Below are positions 11,036 through 20,808 of a stretch of DNA of 64,000 nt, piece by piece. A program made the position numbers and the translations under genes. Origin of the DNA: Candidatus Lustribacter sp. (GTDB taxonomy: Bacteria; Vulcanimicrobiota; Vulcanimicrobiia; Vulcanimicrobiales; Vulcanimicrobiaceae); NCBI GenBank assembly GCA_965277805.1, contig OZ255842.1:1568001-1632000 (forward strand), in the 5' to 3' direction. The stretch's first letter is position 1, and each line of letters starts with the position of its first letter. Below the pieces are notes generated by a model. It did no database searches and had not been told where the DNA came from. It saw nothing but the letters and a program-made list of their open reading frames with translations.

Positions 11036-11706
11036 ATTAGCCGTTTGGCTCCGAGGTAGCGCGCCGACCAGTAGCTCTCGTGCAGGTTCGAGACGGTGAC
11101 GCCGTGGCTCGACGAGGCGTGCACGAAGCGGTCGTTGCCGAGGTAGATTCCCACGTGCGACGCTCCGGCAGCGTACGTTTGGAAGAAGACCAGATCGCCC
11201 GGAACCATCTTGGCGCCGGTCACGCGTTTGCCGGCGTCGTACTGCGCGTCGGCGGTGCGCGGAATGTGATAGCCGAGCATCGCGAAGACGTGCTGGACAT
11301 AGCCCGAACAGTCGAAACCGCGCGAACTGGTCCCACCGAACACATAGGGTACACCGAGGAAGCGCATCGCGTTGCGGGTCAGCGTGACCGCGAGCTGCGT
11401 GCTGCGATTGACGATCCCGTCGGCGAAGCGCCGAACCAGACGCGAACCGGTCAGCCGGGACTCGGCCGGCGTCGCTTCGGTTGAGGGGTCGACCCCCCAC
11501 ATGGCGAGATCTGCGCCGGCCGTCGGTGCCACGGCCTCGATGGCGGCTGCGCGCACGGCCTGGGCCTGCGAGGCGGGGGCGGCCTCGGCGGCTGCGGTGG
11601 CGACCGTGACGGCCGGCGGAAGCGCCGTCTCCGCGGCTCCGCCAATAGCGAAACTCGTTGCGGTCAAAAGGACCGTACACGCCCCGGTAACGAGGAAACG
11701 AAACAA
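11032..11706 (-). CDS. NlpC/P60 (C40) cell-wall endopeptidase
   Basis: PYVFGG....FDCSG, GDLVFF, HVGIY, FVHASSS; TTG start with AAGGAG SD, signal peptide. Confidence 0.93.
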   Translation of the reverse strand: MFRFLVTGACTVLLTATSFAIGGAAETALPPAVTVATAAAEAAPASQAQAVRAAAIEAVAPTAGADLAMWGVDPSTEATPAESRLTGSRLVRRFADGIVNRSTQLAVTLTRNAMRFLGVPYVFGGTSSRGFDCSGYVQHVFAMLGYHIPRTADAQYDAGKRVTGAKMVPGDLVFFQTYAAGASHVGIYLGNDRFVHASSSHGVTVSNLHESYWSARYLGAKRLI

Positions 11707-11723
11707 GAACTGCTCCTTCTTCC

Positions 11724-11840
11724 AACACTTACGGGGTTAGTTGACGGGTTAGGACAGAAGAATTGCCCTCGAGCCGACCGGCTCGTTCACCCCTACCGGG
11801 AATCCCCCGTTCCGGTCTGCGAGGCCGGACTCAGCGATTA
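11724..11840 (-). ncRNA. c-di-AMP (ydaO/yuaA) riboswitch
   Basis: Minus strand: CGCTGAGTCC..GGAACGGGGGA..GGGGTGAA..GAGGG..AACCCGTCAACTAACCCCGTAAG matches ydaO consensus blocks; in 5' UTR of NlpC/P60. Confidence 0.9.
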
Positions 11841-11930
11841 CGTAAGCAGAGATATTGTGTGGGTTTAATCACCCACTAACCCTGGGTAGAGGGCTGAGCT
11901 TAGTATTTCCTTCCGCCAAACGGCGAAATA

Positions 11931-13292
11931 TTAACTTTCTGCAAGGGTCCCCGCGGCGGTACGAATTACCGCGGCTACGGCCTCCGCGACGTCGCTCGTG
12001 GTCGCCTCGTCGGCCGCCTCGACCATCACCCGGACCAGCGGCTCCGTCCCCGAGGGACGTACGAGAATCCGGCCGGCCTGCCCGAGGCGCGCCTCGGCCG
12101 CAGCCACGGCGGCCAGCACGGCCGGGGCGCCGGCGATGTCGCGGTCCTCGACCCGCACGTTGATCAGGATCTGCGGGAACACGGTCATGGCTGCTGCGAG
12201 ATCGCGCAGCCGCTTCCCGCTGCGCGCGGCGACGCCGAACAGGGTCACTGCCGTCATCAAGCCGTCGCCGGTCGTGTTGCGGTCGAGGTCGATCACGTGG
12301 CCCGATTGCTCGCCGCCGAGCCGGTAGCCGCCGGCGCGCATCGTCTCGAGCACGTAGCGATCGCCGACCGCGGCCCGTAAAAGCGCGATGCCGGCACGCT
12401 CCAGGGCGCGCTCGAGTCCGACGTTGCTCATCACCGTCGCCACGACCGCATCGCCCGGTAGCGCGCCGCGCGCGTGGCGCTCACCCGCCAAGATCAGCAG
12501 CGCATGATCGCCGTCGAGCAGCTCACCGGTTTCGTCGACGAACTTCGCGCGGTCGGCGTCGCCGTCGAGCGCGACGCCCACGACGCGCGTGGTACCGCGC
12601 GCGATCTCAGCGCGAACCGTCGCCTGCAGCATCGTGAGGTCGGTCGCGCCGCAGGCCACGTTGATGCGCGCCCCGTCGTCCTCGGCATTGATCGCGATCA
12701 CGCGCGCGCCGAGCCGTTCGAACACTTGCGGTCCGATGCGAAAAGCCGCGCCGTTGGCCGCATCGACGACGATCGTCCAGCCGCTGAGATCGCTGCCGGC
12801 GGCGACGAGCATCGCGACGTACCGTTCGGCGAGTTCCGGGGCGGCGGTTGCGACGCCGACGCCGGTGTGCGTTGGACGCGGCAGCGTCACGTCGTGCAGC
12901 CGCTCGCCGATCTCATCTTCGACCGCATCGGAGAGCTTGAAGCCGTCCGGGCCGAAGAACTTGATGCCGTTGTCTTCAATCGGGTTGTGCGAGGCCGAGA
13001 TCATCACGCCGGCGGCAGCACCGAGAGTCACCGTCACGGCGGCGACGCACGGCGTCGGCACGACGCCGAGCAGCACGGCGTTGCGGCCGGTCGAGGTGAT
13101 CCCCGCGATCATCGCGGCCTCGAGCATCGTGCCGGAAAGCCGCGTGTCGCGGCCGATCACGATCGGCATATCCGGACCGGCCGCATGCGCGATCACCGCG
13201 GCGCCGGCGCGGCCGACGGCAAACGCGAGTTCCGGCGTGAGGTCGGCGTTGGCTACGCCGCGTACGCCGTCGGTGCCGAAGAGGCGGCTCAC
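11931..13292 (-). CDS. glmM: Phosphoglucosamine mutase
   Basis: LFGTDGVRG, ISASHNP, DGDADR, GGEQSGH, RPSGTEP. Confidence 0.96.
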   Translation of the reverse strand: MSRLFGTDGVRGVANADLTPELAFAVGRAGAAVIAHAAGPDMPIVIGRDTRLSGTMLEAAMIAGITSTGRNAVLLGVVPTPCVAAVTVTLGAAAGVMISASHNPIEDNGIKFFGPDGFKLSDAVEDEIGERLHDVTLPRPTHTGVGVATAAPELAERYVAMLVAAGSDLSGWTIVVDAANGAAFRIGPQVFERLGARVIAINAEDDGARINVACGATDLTMLQATVRAEIARGTTRVVGVALDGDADRAKFVDETGELLDGDHALLILAGERHARGALPGDAVVATVMSNVGLERALERAGIALLRAAVGDRYVLETMRAGGYRLGGEQSGHVIDLDRNTTGDGLMTAVTLFGVAARSGKRLRDLAAAMTVFPQILINVRVEDRDIAGAPAVLAAVAAAEARLGQAGRILVRPSGTEPLVRVMVEAADEATTSDVAEAVAAVIRTAAGTLAES

Positions 13293-13969
13293 GATTTCAC
13301 GCCCGCAGAGTTGGTCGACGGCGCGAAGCGCGCGCGCACGCGCACCAGATTCGGAGAAACTTGGGTGTTCGCGACCTCGTTGCCGTGCGCGTCGGCGGCG
13401 ATCGGCCGTACCATCGCATCAAAGTTTCCGGGCTTCGTGCCGAGCGGAATCTCAATCTTCACCACATCGACCTTCGCCAAATCATTGGCAATGCCGCGCA
13501 CGGTGGTCAGCGACGGGTTGACCGTCGATGATTCGACGACCAGCGAACCGTTGCCGCCGGCATACGAAATGCTCACCGGCACGGTGCGCGTTTCCAGGCG
13601 GTCGACGCTCAGCGTCACCGATGCCGGCGACAGCGACTTGATATTGAGGTCGGGCGCGACGATCTTCACCGGCAAGTTCATGATGCCGGGATCGGGCTTG
13701 TCGTTGAGATCGAGCACCGCTTGGATCTGATCGGATTTGATCGGCGGCCCGTTGCGCGGCTGCTCGACCGTCACGATCGCCGTGCGCTCGTCGTAATTTG
13801 CCACGAGGCCGGGGCGCAAACCGGTGACCACGATCGGCACGCTGAGCTGTTGATCGAAGTGGGCCGTGATCGACGCTGCAGCGGAGAAATGGAAATAAGC
13901 CCACGCCGTAACGGCGAGGGCCAGCGCCAACAGCTTAAGCCTGAAGTTTCTCTTGATCGCTTGAAGCAC
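13289..13969 (-). CDS. cdaR: CdaR/YbbR-like diadenylate cyclase regulator
   Basis: N-terminal KLLALALAV..W TM, YbbR-like beta repeats, between cdaA and glmM. Confidence 0.8.
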   Translation of the reverse strand: MLQAIKRNFRLKLLALALAVTAWAYFHFSAAASITAHFDQQLSVPIVVTGLRPGLVANYDERTAIVTVEQPRNGPPIKSDQIQAVLDLNDKPDPGIMNLPVKIVAPDLNIKSLSPASVTLSVDRLETRTVPVSISYAGGNGSLVVESSTVNPSLTTVRGIANDLAKVDVVKIEIPLGTKPGNFDAMVRPIAADAHGNEVANTQVSPNLVRVRARFAPSTNSAGVKS

Positions 13970-14810
13970 GGGTCATTCGCGTTAACAGATTGGCAAGCCA
14001 CGGCGGCGGTTCGGCGGCATGCGGACGGCGGCGCGGCCGGATGCACGCTTCCAGCACTTTGCGCAGCCGCTCTTCATCGTCGATGCGTACCGACAAGCGG
14101 CCCGCGCGCGCGACCGAAACGGTGCGCGACTCTTCCGAAACGACCACCACCACCGCGTCGGCCTGTTCGGTCAAACCGATCGCCGCGCGATGACGCGTGC
14201 CGAGATGCCGTTCGGCGACGATCGCGTTTTCCGAGAGCGGCAGAAAACATGCGGCGCCCTCGATCAGCAGATCGCGCACGATGACCGCACCGTCGTGCAG
14301 CGGCGACTGCTTGTTGAAGATCGCCATCAGCAGATCGCTCGAGAGCTTCGCATCGAGCGCGGTGCCGCTCTCGACGTATTCGCGCAGACCGGTTTGGCCT
14401 TCGATCACGATAAGGGCACCGAGGTTTTCGGCTGCCAGGCGAAACGCCGCGGCCGCGACCGTGCCCACCAGCTGGTTCGCAATCGCTTCTTCGTCGGCCG
14501 GCGCGCGATGAAAGAATCTGCCACGGCCGATCTGTTCGAGCGCGCGCCGCAACTCCGGTTGAAATACGATCGGCAGCGTGACCGCGGTGCCCAGCAGCAA
14601 ATACTGCATGACCGTGGCCAAAACGAGCAGGTGCAACAGGTTGGAGACGCCGAGAACGATCACGAGCGTCAGCAGGCCCAGCACGATCTGAACCGCGCGC
14701 GTGCCGCGGATGAGGAGCAGCAGATAGTAGATCAGGATAGACGTAGCGACGATATCGATCGCGTCGGAGATGCCGAACGTACCGGAGAACGCGCCGAAAT
14801 AGGGGATCAT
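13935..14810 (-). CDS. cdaA: Diadenylate cyclase CdaA/DacA
   Basis: Three N-terminal TMs, FQPELRRALE, LHDGA and GTRHRAA catalytic motifs, VSEE. Confidence 0.95.
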   Translation of the reverse strand: MIPYFGAFSGTFGISDAIDIVATSILIYYLLLLIRGTRAVQIVLGLLTLVIVLGVSNLLHLLVLATVMQYLLLGTAVTLPIVFQPELRRALEQIGRGRFFHRAPADEEAIANQLVGTVAAAAFRLAAENLGALIVIEGQTGLREYVESGTALDAKLSSDLLMAIFNKQSPLHDGAVIVRDLLIEGAACFLPLSENAIVAERHLGTRHRAAIGLTEQADAVVVVVSEESRTVSVARAGRLSVRIDDEERLRKVLEACIRPRRRPHAAEPPPWLANLLTRMTRASSDQEKLQA

Positions 14811-15127
14811 TCGAGGCCGACCAGGTGGCGCTCGAGGATGCGCGACGCGTCGAGTTCCGGATCGGCGAGACCGACCGCCGCCAAGTGCGCCGCTTCTTCA
14901 TCTTCGATCGGTTCGGCCTCGGCGGCCGGGACGAAATGCGTTTCGATCGTGATCAAGTCGTCGATCAAATCCGGCCGCGTCACCTCGTCATCGAAGCTGA
15001 CCGTCACCACGTCGTCGCGCTCGAAACACGACTGGATGCCCGCGGGCGCGCCGGGGCCGACCAGCGCGGCCAGCAAGTTGGCGCGCACGGCGGGATCGGC
15101 AGCGATGACGGAACGGACCACCTGCAC
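14807..15127 (-). CDS. Hypothetical protein coupled to cdaA
   Basis: Acidic 106-aa ORF, ATGA overlap with cdaA. Confidence 0.6.
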   Translation of the reverse strand: MQVVRSVIAADPAVRANLLAALVGPGAPAGIQSCFERDDVVTVSFDDEVTRPDLIDDLITIETHFVPAAEAEPIEDEEAAHLAAVGLADPELDASRILERHLVGLE

Positions 15128-15142
15128 CGGTCTAGGGTTCGC

Positions 15143-16048
15143 ATGACGTCATCGCAAGTCCGCCGCGCGATCGTGATCGCCGTCGGCCGCAACGCCGCCT
15201 GGGTAGTGCGCGACGGCGAACGCGAACCGGTGCTGGCGGCGCTGCGCAAGACGCTGGCTCGCACGGTGCTCGCGCCGGGCGACATGGTCACCGTTCAAGC
15301 ACTCGACGACGACCGGGTGGTGATCGACGCGGTCGAACCGCGCAGCTTCGCGTTGGTCCGGCGCACTGCCGGCGGCCGCACCAAAACGATGGCCGCCAAC
15401 ATCGAGACGATGGCGATCGTGGCGGCCCTGGCCGATCCGCCGCCTAGCCTGCCGATGCTCGACCAGCTGATCGCCTTTGCCGTCCAGCACGAGGTCGAAG
15501 CGGCGCTGATCTTGACGAAGCCCGATCTCGCCGAACCGGACGCCGTCGAGCGCATGCGCGCGATCTACGGGCCGGCCGAGGTGCCGGTGCTGGTCGTTCA
15601 GCCCAAAGCCGGCGACGGCATCGACGAGCTCGCTGCCTACCTGACCGGCCGCCACGCCTTGCTGGTGGGAAACTCCGGGGTCGGCAAAAGCAGCATTTTC
15701 CGGGCCTTGGGCGGGACGGCGACCGTCGGCGACCTTTCGCGCTTTGGACGCGGCCGCCAGACCACCACCTCGGCCAAGCTCTTCCAAACGCCGGGCGGCT
15801 TCCTCGTCGACAGCCCGGGGATCGGCGAGTTCATCCTCGACCCGATGCCGGCGGCCGAGCTCTCCTACCTGTTCGTCGAAATGCGCGAACCGGCGACGCG
15901 CTGCCGGTTTGACGACTGCCGGCACCTTCACGAACCCGATTGTGCCGTCCGCGAGGCCGTGGCCGATGGCCGGATCGCTGCCAGCCGCTACGCCAGCTAC
16001 CGGGCGCTGTGCGAGGTGCACGACGACAAACGGCCTTGGAGCAGCTAG
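15143..16048 (+). CDS. rsgA: Ribosome small subunit-dependent GTPase A
   Basis: TKPD, GNSGVGKS, GRQTTT, DSPG, CRFDDCRH..EPDC Zn site. Confidence 0.95.
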   Translation: MTSSQVRRAIVIAVGRNAAWVVRDGEREPVLAALRKTLARTVLAPGDMVTVQALDDDRVVIDAVEPRSFALVRRTAGGRTKTMAANIETMAIVAALADPPPSLPMLDQLIAFAVQHEVEAALILTKPDLAEPDAVERMRAIYGPAEVPVLVVQPKAGDGIDELAAYLTGRHALLVGNSGVGKSSIFRALGGTATVGDLSRFGRGRQTTTSAKLFQTPGGFLVDSPGIGEFILDPMPAAELSYLFVEMREPATRCRFDDCRHLHEPDCAVREAVADGRIAASRYASYRALCEVHDDKRPWSS

Positions 16049-16052
16049 AGCC

Positions 16053-16081
16053 TTGTTCTTGGGCGCGTTTTTTGGTATGCT
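16053..16081 (+). promoter_or_regulatory. Putative sigma70 promoter of rpsT
   Basis: TTGTTC-N17-TATGCT with extended TG. Confidence 0.55.
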
Positions 16082-16138
16082 GACCGGCGTGCCCGGACGA
16101 CTGCGTCCGAGCCGAAATACCATTGTCCGGAGCCGAAC

Positions 16139-16441
16139 TTGCCCAACATCAAGGCCGCGATCAAGTGGCAGCGCCAAACCGAACGCCGTACCCTGCGGAA
16201 CCTCGACCTCAAGACGCGTCTGAAGACGCTTTTCAAGAAGGCCAAGGCCAATCCGGACCAAGCGGGCTCCGTTCAAGCGCAGTTCGACAAGGCCGCCCGC
16301 AAGGGGATCATTCATCCCAATAAGGCCGCCCGCAAGAGCGCCCGCCTGGCCCGTGCGATCCGCACCGCCAAGGCCGCAGCAGCCGCCGCTCCGCCGCCGA
16401 GCGCCGCTCCCGCCAAGAAACGCTCGACGAAAAAGGGCTAG
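16139..16441 (+). CDS. rpsT: 30S ribosomal protein S20
   Basis: PNIKAAIK, DKAARKGIIHPNKAARKSARL; Ala/Pro/Lys tail. Confidence 0.95.
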   Translation: MPNIKAAIKWQRQTERRTLRNLDLKTRLKTLFKKAKANPDQAGSVQAQFDKAARKGIIHPNKAARKSARLARAIRTAKAAAAAAPPPSAAPAKKRSTKKG

Positions 16442-16454
16442 CCCGAACCTGAGT

Positions 16455-18359
16455 TCAGTGAAGCCGCTCGGCGACCGGGCGGCTTTTTTGTTTACGCAGC
16501 AGCGCCACCGACCGCTTCGGATCGATATTGTGGATGCGGCCGCCGGCACTCGTGGTGGCGCCGGCGCGGATCAGCGCGATCGTCTGCTGCGGCGTCAACG
16601 ACGGGTCGAGCGCGATGAGTTTGGCCGCGAGGTTGGTGACCATCGGCGCCGACATCGAGGTGCCCGAAAGCTCGACGTGGTGGCCGCCCGGCACCGTGCT
16701 GTCGACGTGGTAGCCGTCGGCGTCGACCAGTACCGTTTTGCCGTAGCTCGAAAACGATGCTTCATCCCCGGCTTGATCGGTCGCGCCCGCGACCAATAAG
16801 TTCGGCAGCACGAACGAGGCCGGCATCGTTTGATCGAAGCCGGAATCGGCGTCGGAGTTCCCGGCCGAGCAGACGAAGAGAATCTCGGGCGCGCTCTTCA
16901 GCGCCGCGTAGAGTCCGGCGGAATCGATCGCAAACAGGCGCGCCGCGATCGCTTTGCGTTCGGCTGCATCTTTGCCGATGTTGTTCTTCTCGAGCGCGGC
17001 CTCGACGCCGGCCGGCGTCCCGCCCCAGCTCATGTTGACCACGCGTACGTGACGCGCGCGAAAGTAATTCACGTAGGTCTTGTAGTCGGCAACGTCGCGG
17101 CGCACGAGCGCTTCCGACGGTGCTGCCGGCACGGCGCGGTAGTCGAACGTCAAGCGCCCGACGACGAGGCGCGCGGCCGGATTTCCGCGCAACGCGATGC
17201 CCGCCACGTGCGTGCCGTGCGCGTAGATCGAAAACATGTTCAGGTCTTGAAAGAACGGACCGACCTCCGGGGCTTTGAGCGCAGCGAACTGCTTCTTCAC
17301 AAGCGTCGCGGCGGGGCTATCGATCGACGATTGCAGATCGCTGTAACCTTCGAGCAGATCGATGGCTTGCGGGTAGGCTGCGCGTTGGGCCGGGGTGAGC
17401 GGCGCCAGCGGACCATGCGTCTTGAAACCGTCGATGTCGAAGGCGAGCCCGTGTGCGTCGAACTCTTTCGGCGCCGGATCGGTGTAGAGCTGATGCGGAA
17501 ACATCGTCACGTCGGAACCGGAATCCCAGATCGCGACACGCACCGGGGTGAGGCGGTCGCTTGCGTGCAGCGAGACCGAGCGCGCGGCCCAGATGTCGGG
17601 CTTTACCGAGGTGTGCTGCGCGATGATGGCGGCGATCACGGCCGACCCCTGCGGCCCGGCCGGAATGAGGATGTCGACGATGTAGCGCGATTGGATGACG
17701 AGTGCCGCGCTATCGTTGCCGAGCGTGTGTGACTGCGACGCACCGGGATCGATTTTCGCGGCGACGTTGCCGGCCATCAACGCCGGCGTGAGGATGTCGA
17801 AACGCGTCTTCGTTTGCTGTAAGAGCGATCCCACGACCGGCCACGGCAACGGTGCGAGTTCGGCCGCGTACGCCGCTTGGAACGCGTCGAGATAGGCCGG
17901 GCCGGACGTTGCGCCCGCTTTTGCGCGGGCGGCGACGATCGCGCGCGTCGTCAGGCCGCTCAATAGCTTCGCATCGGGCTTGTCTTCGAGCGCACGTATC
18001 TGATCGGCCGTCGCGAGCGCGCCGGCATCGTCGGTGCCCGAGAGCAGCTGCAGCTCGAGTTTTTCTTCCAGCAGAGCGCGCAGCGCGGCGTGATCTTGGA
18101 TGTCGTCGTTCGCCAGCAGCGTGTCGATGTCGGCCCGCACTTTCGCGGCCAAGAGATCGAAGTTCGGCCGGTCGCCGGCGACGAGCGCCGACGGCGCGAC
18201 CGCGATCGGATAGGTGAAGGCGGGCAGATCGGCCGCCGACGTGACGATCTTCTTCGCGGCGGTCTGAGCGCCGGCGGGCAGCGCCAATGCGAGCACGCAT
18301 GCCGCAATAGCAGCCAACCGTGCCGGCAAACGGCAAGTTATTGAAAACGTCACACGCAA
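16455..18359 (-). CDS. Secreted subtilisin-like S8 serine peptidase
   Basis: Triad motifs IWDSG, HGTHVAG, SGTSMS; signal peptide. Confidence 0.92.
   Translation of the reverse strand: MRVTFSITCRLPARLAAIAACVLALALPAGAQTAAKKIVTSAADLPAFTYPIAVAPSALVAGDRPNFDLLAAKVRADIDTLLANDDIQDHAALRALLEEKLELQLLSGTDDAGALATADQIRALEDKPDAKLLSGLTTRAIVAARAKAGATSGPAYLDAFQAAYAAELAPLPWPVVGSLLQQTKTRFDILTPALMAGNVAAKIDPGASQSHTLGNDSAALVIQSRYIVDILIPAGPQGSAVIAAIIAQHTSVKPDIWAARSVSLHASDRLTPVRVAIWDSGSDVTMFPHQLYTDPAPKEFDAHGLAFDIDGFKTHGPLAPLTPAQRAAYPQAIDLLEGYSDLQSSIDSPAATLVKKQFAALKAPEVGPFFQDLNMFSIYAHGTHVAGIALRGNPAARLVVGRLTFDYRAVPAAPSEALVRRDVADYKTYVNYFRARHVRVVNMSWGGTPAGVEAALEKNNIGKDAAERKAIAARLFAIDSAGLYAALKSAPEILFVCSAGNSDADSGFDQTMPASFVLPNLLVAGATDQAGDEASFSSYGKTVLVDADGYHVDSTVPGGHHVELSGTSMSAPMVTNLAAKLIALDPSLTPQQTIALIRAGATTSAGGRIHNIDPKRSVALLRKQKSRPVAERLH
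16461..16489 (+). terminator. Intrinsic terminator of rpsT
   Basis: AAGCCGCTCGG-CGA-CCGGGCGGCTT followed by T run. Confidence 0.85.
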
Positions 18360-18396
18360 CCGTTGTGCGACGCGCGTGCAGCGTCCTTGCCCGGGC

Positions 18397-20808
18397 TCAT
18401 GCCTCGAACGTTACGACCAAGCGCGTTTCTTTGGACCGCGCGGCCTCGGGCAATACGCGGCTGCGCAATGCATCGCGCAGCGCCTCGAGTTCGCGCGTCT
18501 TGACGGCGATGCGGTAACGCCACTCATCGTTCAAACGCGCCAGCGGATAGGTGGCCGGACCGAGCACTTCCCAGCGTTCGTCGCCGCGCAGAAGTTCGGC
18601 GTAGCGTTCGATCGCGGACTCGACGCTCGCGCGGCTGCGGCCCATCACGCCCGCAAACACGAGCCGCACGAACGGCGGCCACTGCAGCGCGCGCCGTTCG
18701 GCCAGCTCCTGGTGCGCGAAACCCTCGTAGTCGTGCTGCGCGGCAAATGCGATCGCCGGATGCGACGCGCTATACGTTTGGATGAACGCTTCGCCGGCGC
18801 GCGCGCGCCCGCTGCGGCCGCACACCTGCACGACGACGTCGAACGTGCGCTCCGCCGCGCGATAGTCGGCGACGTGCAGATCGAGATCGGCCGCAATCGC
18901 GCCGACCAGCGTCACTTCGGGGAAATCGAGCCCCTTCGCGACCATCTGCGTGCCGACGAGCACGTCGGCTTCGCGCGCGAAGCGATCGAGCAGACGCGCG
19001 TGATCGCCGATGCGGGTCGTCGTGTCGGCGTCCATCCGCACGATGCGCGCGGCCGGAAACAAGGCTTCCACTTCGGTTGCGACGCGTTGCGTCCCGACCC
19101 CGTACGTTGCGATCGGACCGAGCCCGCACGACGGACAGATCTCGGGAATCGGCTGCTGCGCATCGCAGTAATGGCAGCGCAACCGCCCTTCGTCGCGATG
19201 CACGACGAGCGAGGTGGAGCAGCGTTCGCAGTTGGGAACGTAGCCGCACGAACGGCAGAGCACGAACCGCGCCGCGCCCCGCCGGTTGACGAACAGCACG
19301 CTCTTCTCGCCGCGCTCGAGCCGTTCGCCGATCGCAGCCACCAGCCGCGTGCTGAAAATCCGGTTGCTGCCGGCTTCGAACTCGCGCGCCATGTCGACGA
19401 TGTGCGTTTCCGGCAGCGGCTGCGCGGTGGCCCGTTCGCGCAGCCGCACGAGGGGGAAGCGTCCGGCCTTGGCGCGCGCGTAGTCTTCGAGCGCGGGGGT
19501 CGCACTGCCGAGCACGAGCACGCCGCCGGCGCGGCGCATGCGTTCGCGCGCCACGTCGACGGCATGGTAGCGCGGCGTGTTGTCTTGCCGGTACGAGGAT
19601 TCGTGTTCTTCGTCAACGACGATCATCTGCACGCCGGGGAGCGGCGCGAACACCGCGCTGCGCGCGCCGACGACGACGTCGAGTTCGCCGCGCGCCGCGG
19701 CTTGCCAAGCATCGTAGCGTTCGCGCTCCGAAAGCGCTGAGTGCAGCACGGCCACGCGCTCGCCGAACGCGCGCTCGAAACGCTCCGCGGTTTGCGGGGT
19801 CAACGCGATCTCCGGCACGAGCACGATCGCGCGGGCGCCGCGCGCCAGCACGCGCGCGATCGCGTGCAAGTACACGAGCGTCTTGCCGCTGCCGGTTGCA
19901 CCGTACACGAGCAGTTGCGCGTACGTTCCGGCATCGGTAGCGGCGGCGATCGCATCGATTGCGCCGCGCTGTTCGTCCGTCGGCACGAGATCGGGCAAGT
20001 TGAGCCGCCGTTCTCGCGCGGCGGCGAGCGAACGCGCCGATTCGATCACCGCGCCCGCAGCGATCGCGCGCCGGATCACGGCGTCGCTGAACCCCGCCAG
20101 CACCGCATCGGTGCGGCGCACCGGTGCGTGTTCGCGCACGTAGGCGGCGAGCGCCGCCGCGCTGCGCCCGCGAATCATTGCTTCACCCGGCTCCAGGACG
20201 CGAATCGTCCGCTCGCTCACCGGCGGACGCACGAACGTGCGCCGCCGCTCCAGCGCGCCGCCGCGCACGAGCGCACCGATCGCCGCGATGAGCGTGCGCC
20301 GGTCGCCGCTGCGCCGCGCTTCGGGATGCCGCAGCAACGCCGCCGGTGAGATCCCGGCCGCCGCGTCGTCCCATAGCAGGCGAACCAGACGTTCGGGCAC
20401 GCTCGGAAAACGCTCGGGCGCCGGCGGCGCACCAACCGGCACGAATCGTTCGACGACGCGCGGCACCGCATCGGCCAGCACCACGGTGGTCAGCGCTTCG
20501 CGCAGCGAGCACAAGTAGGTTTGCGCGACCCAGCGCGCGAGGGCCAGTCCTTCGTCATCGAAAGCACGCGGCGCATCGGTGCGCGCGGCGACGGCACGCA
20601 GCTTGATCGCGGGATCGGTCACGTCGCGCTCCGCCGTCACGACGTAGGCGAACACCTCACGCGAACCGAGCGGAACGCGCACGATTTCGCCCACGCGCAG
20701 CGCGGGCGAGCTTGCCCCGAGCGCAGTCGAGGGGTCCGGGACGCTGTAGGTGAGCGCGCGATCGAAACGAGCCGTGGTCAGGTGAACGAGAACGTCGACG
20801 GCCCGCAC
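18397..20808 (-). CDS. priA: Primosomal protein N' helicase
   Basis: GATGSGKT, DEEH, SAT, four CxxC, GTQMVAKGLDF; start approximate. Confidence 0.96.
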   Translation of the reverse strand: MRAVDVLVHLTTARFDRALTYSVPDPSTALGASSPALRVGEIVRVPLGSREVFAYVVTAERDVTDPAIKLRAVAARTDAPRAFDDEGLALARWVAQTYLCSLREALTTVVLADAVPRVVERFVPVGAPPAPERFPSVPERLVRLLWDDAAAGISPAALLRHPEARRSGDRRTLIAAIGALVRGGALERRRTFVRPPVSERTIRVLEPGEAMIRGRSAAALAAYVREHAPVRRTDAVLAGFSDAVIRRAIAAGAVIESARSLAAARERRLNLPDLVPTDEQRGAIDAIAAATDAGTYAQLLVYGATGSGKTLVYLHAIARVLARGARAIVLVPEIALTPQTAERFERAFGERVAVLHSALSERERYDAWQAAARGELDVVVGARSAVFAPLPGVQMIVVDEEHESSYRQDNTPRYHAVDVARERMRRAGGVLVLGSATPALEDYARAKAGRFPLVRLRERATAQPLPETHIVDMAREFEAGSNRIFSTRLVAAIGERLERGEKSVLFVNRRGAARFVLCRSCGYVPNCERCSTSLVVHRDEGRLRCHYCDAQQPIPEICPSCGLGPIATYGVGTQRVATEVEALFPAARIVRMDADTTTRIGDHARLLDRFAREADVLVGTQMVAKGLDFPEVTLVGAIAADLDLHVADYRAAERTFDVVVQVCGRSGRARAGEAFIQTYSASHPAIAFAAQHDYEGFAHQELAERRALQWPPFVRLVFAGVMGRSRASVESAIERYAELLRGDERWEVLGPATYPLARLNDEWRYRIAVKTRELEALRDALRSRVLPEAARSKETRLVVTFEA
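20711..20734. repeat. Single REP-like arm inside priA coding sequence
   Basis: CCCCGAGCGCAGTCGAGGGG resembles the 9697 arm CCCCGAGCTT-GTCGAGGGG; encodes PSTALGAS. Confidence 0.65.

Noticed and set aside
11036-11728. 359-aa ORF 10649-11728 as a single gene
   Set aside because: Upstream two-thirds is an Arg-rich alternate frame of NlpC/P60
16455-16490. S8 peptidase C-terminus overlapping the rpsT terminator
   Set aside because: Ordinary compact convergent overlap
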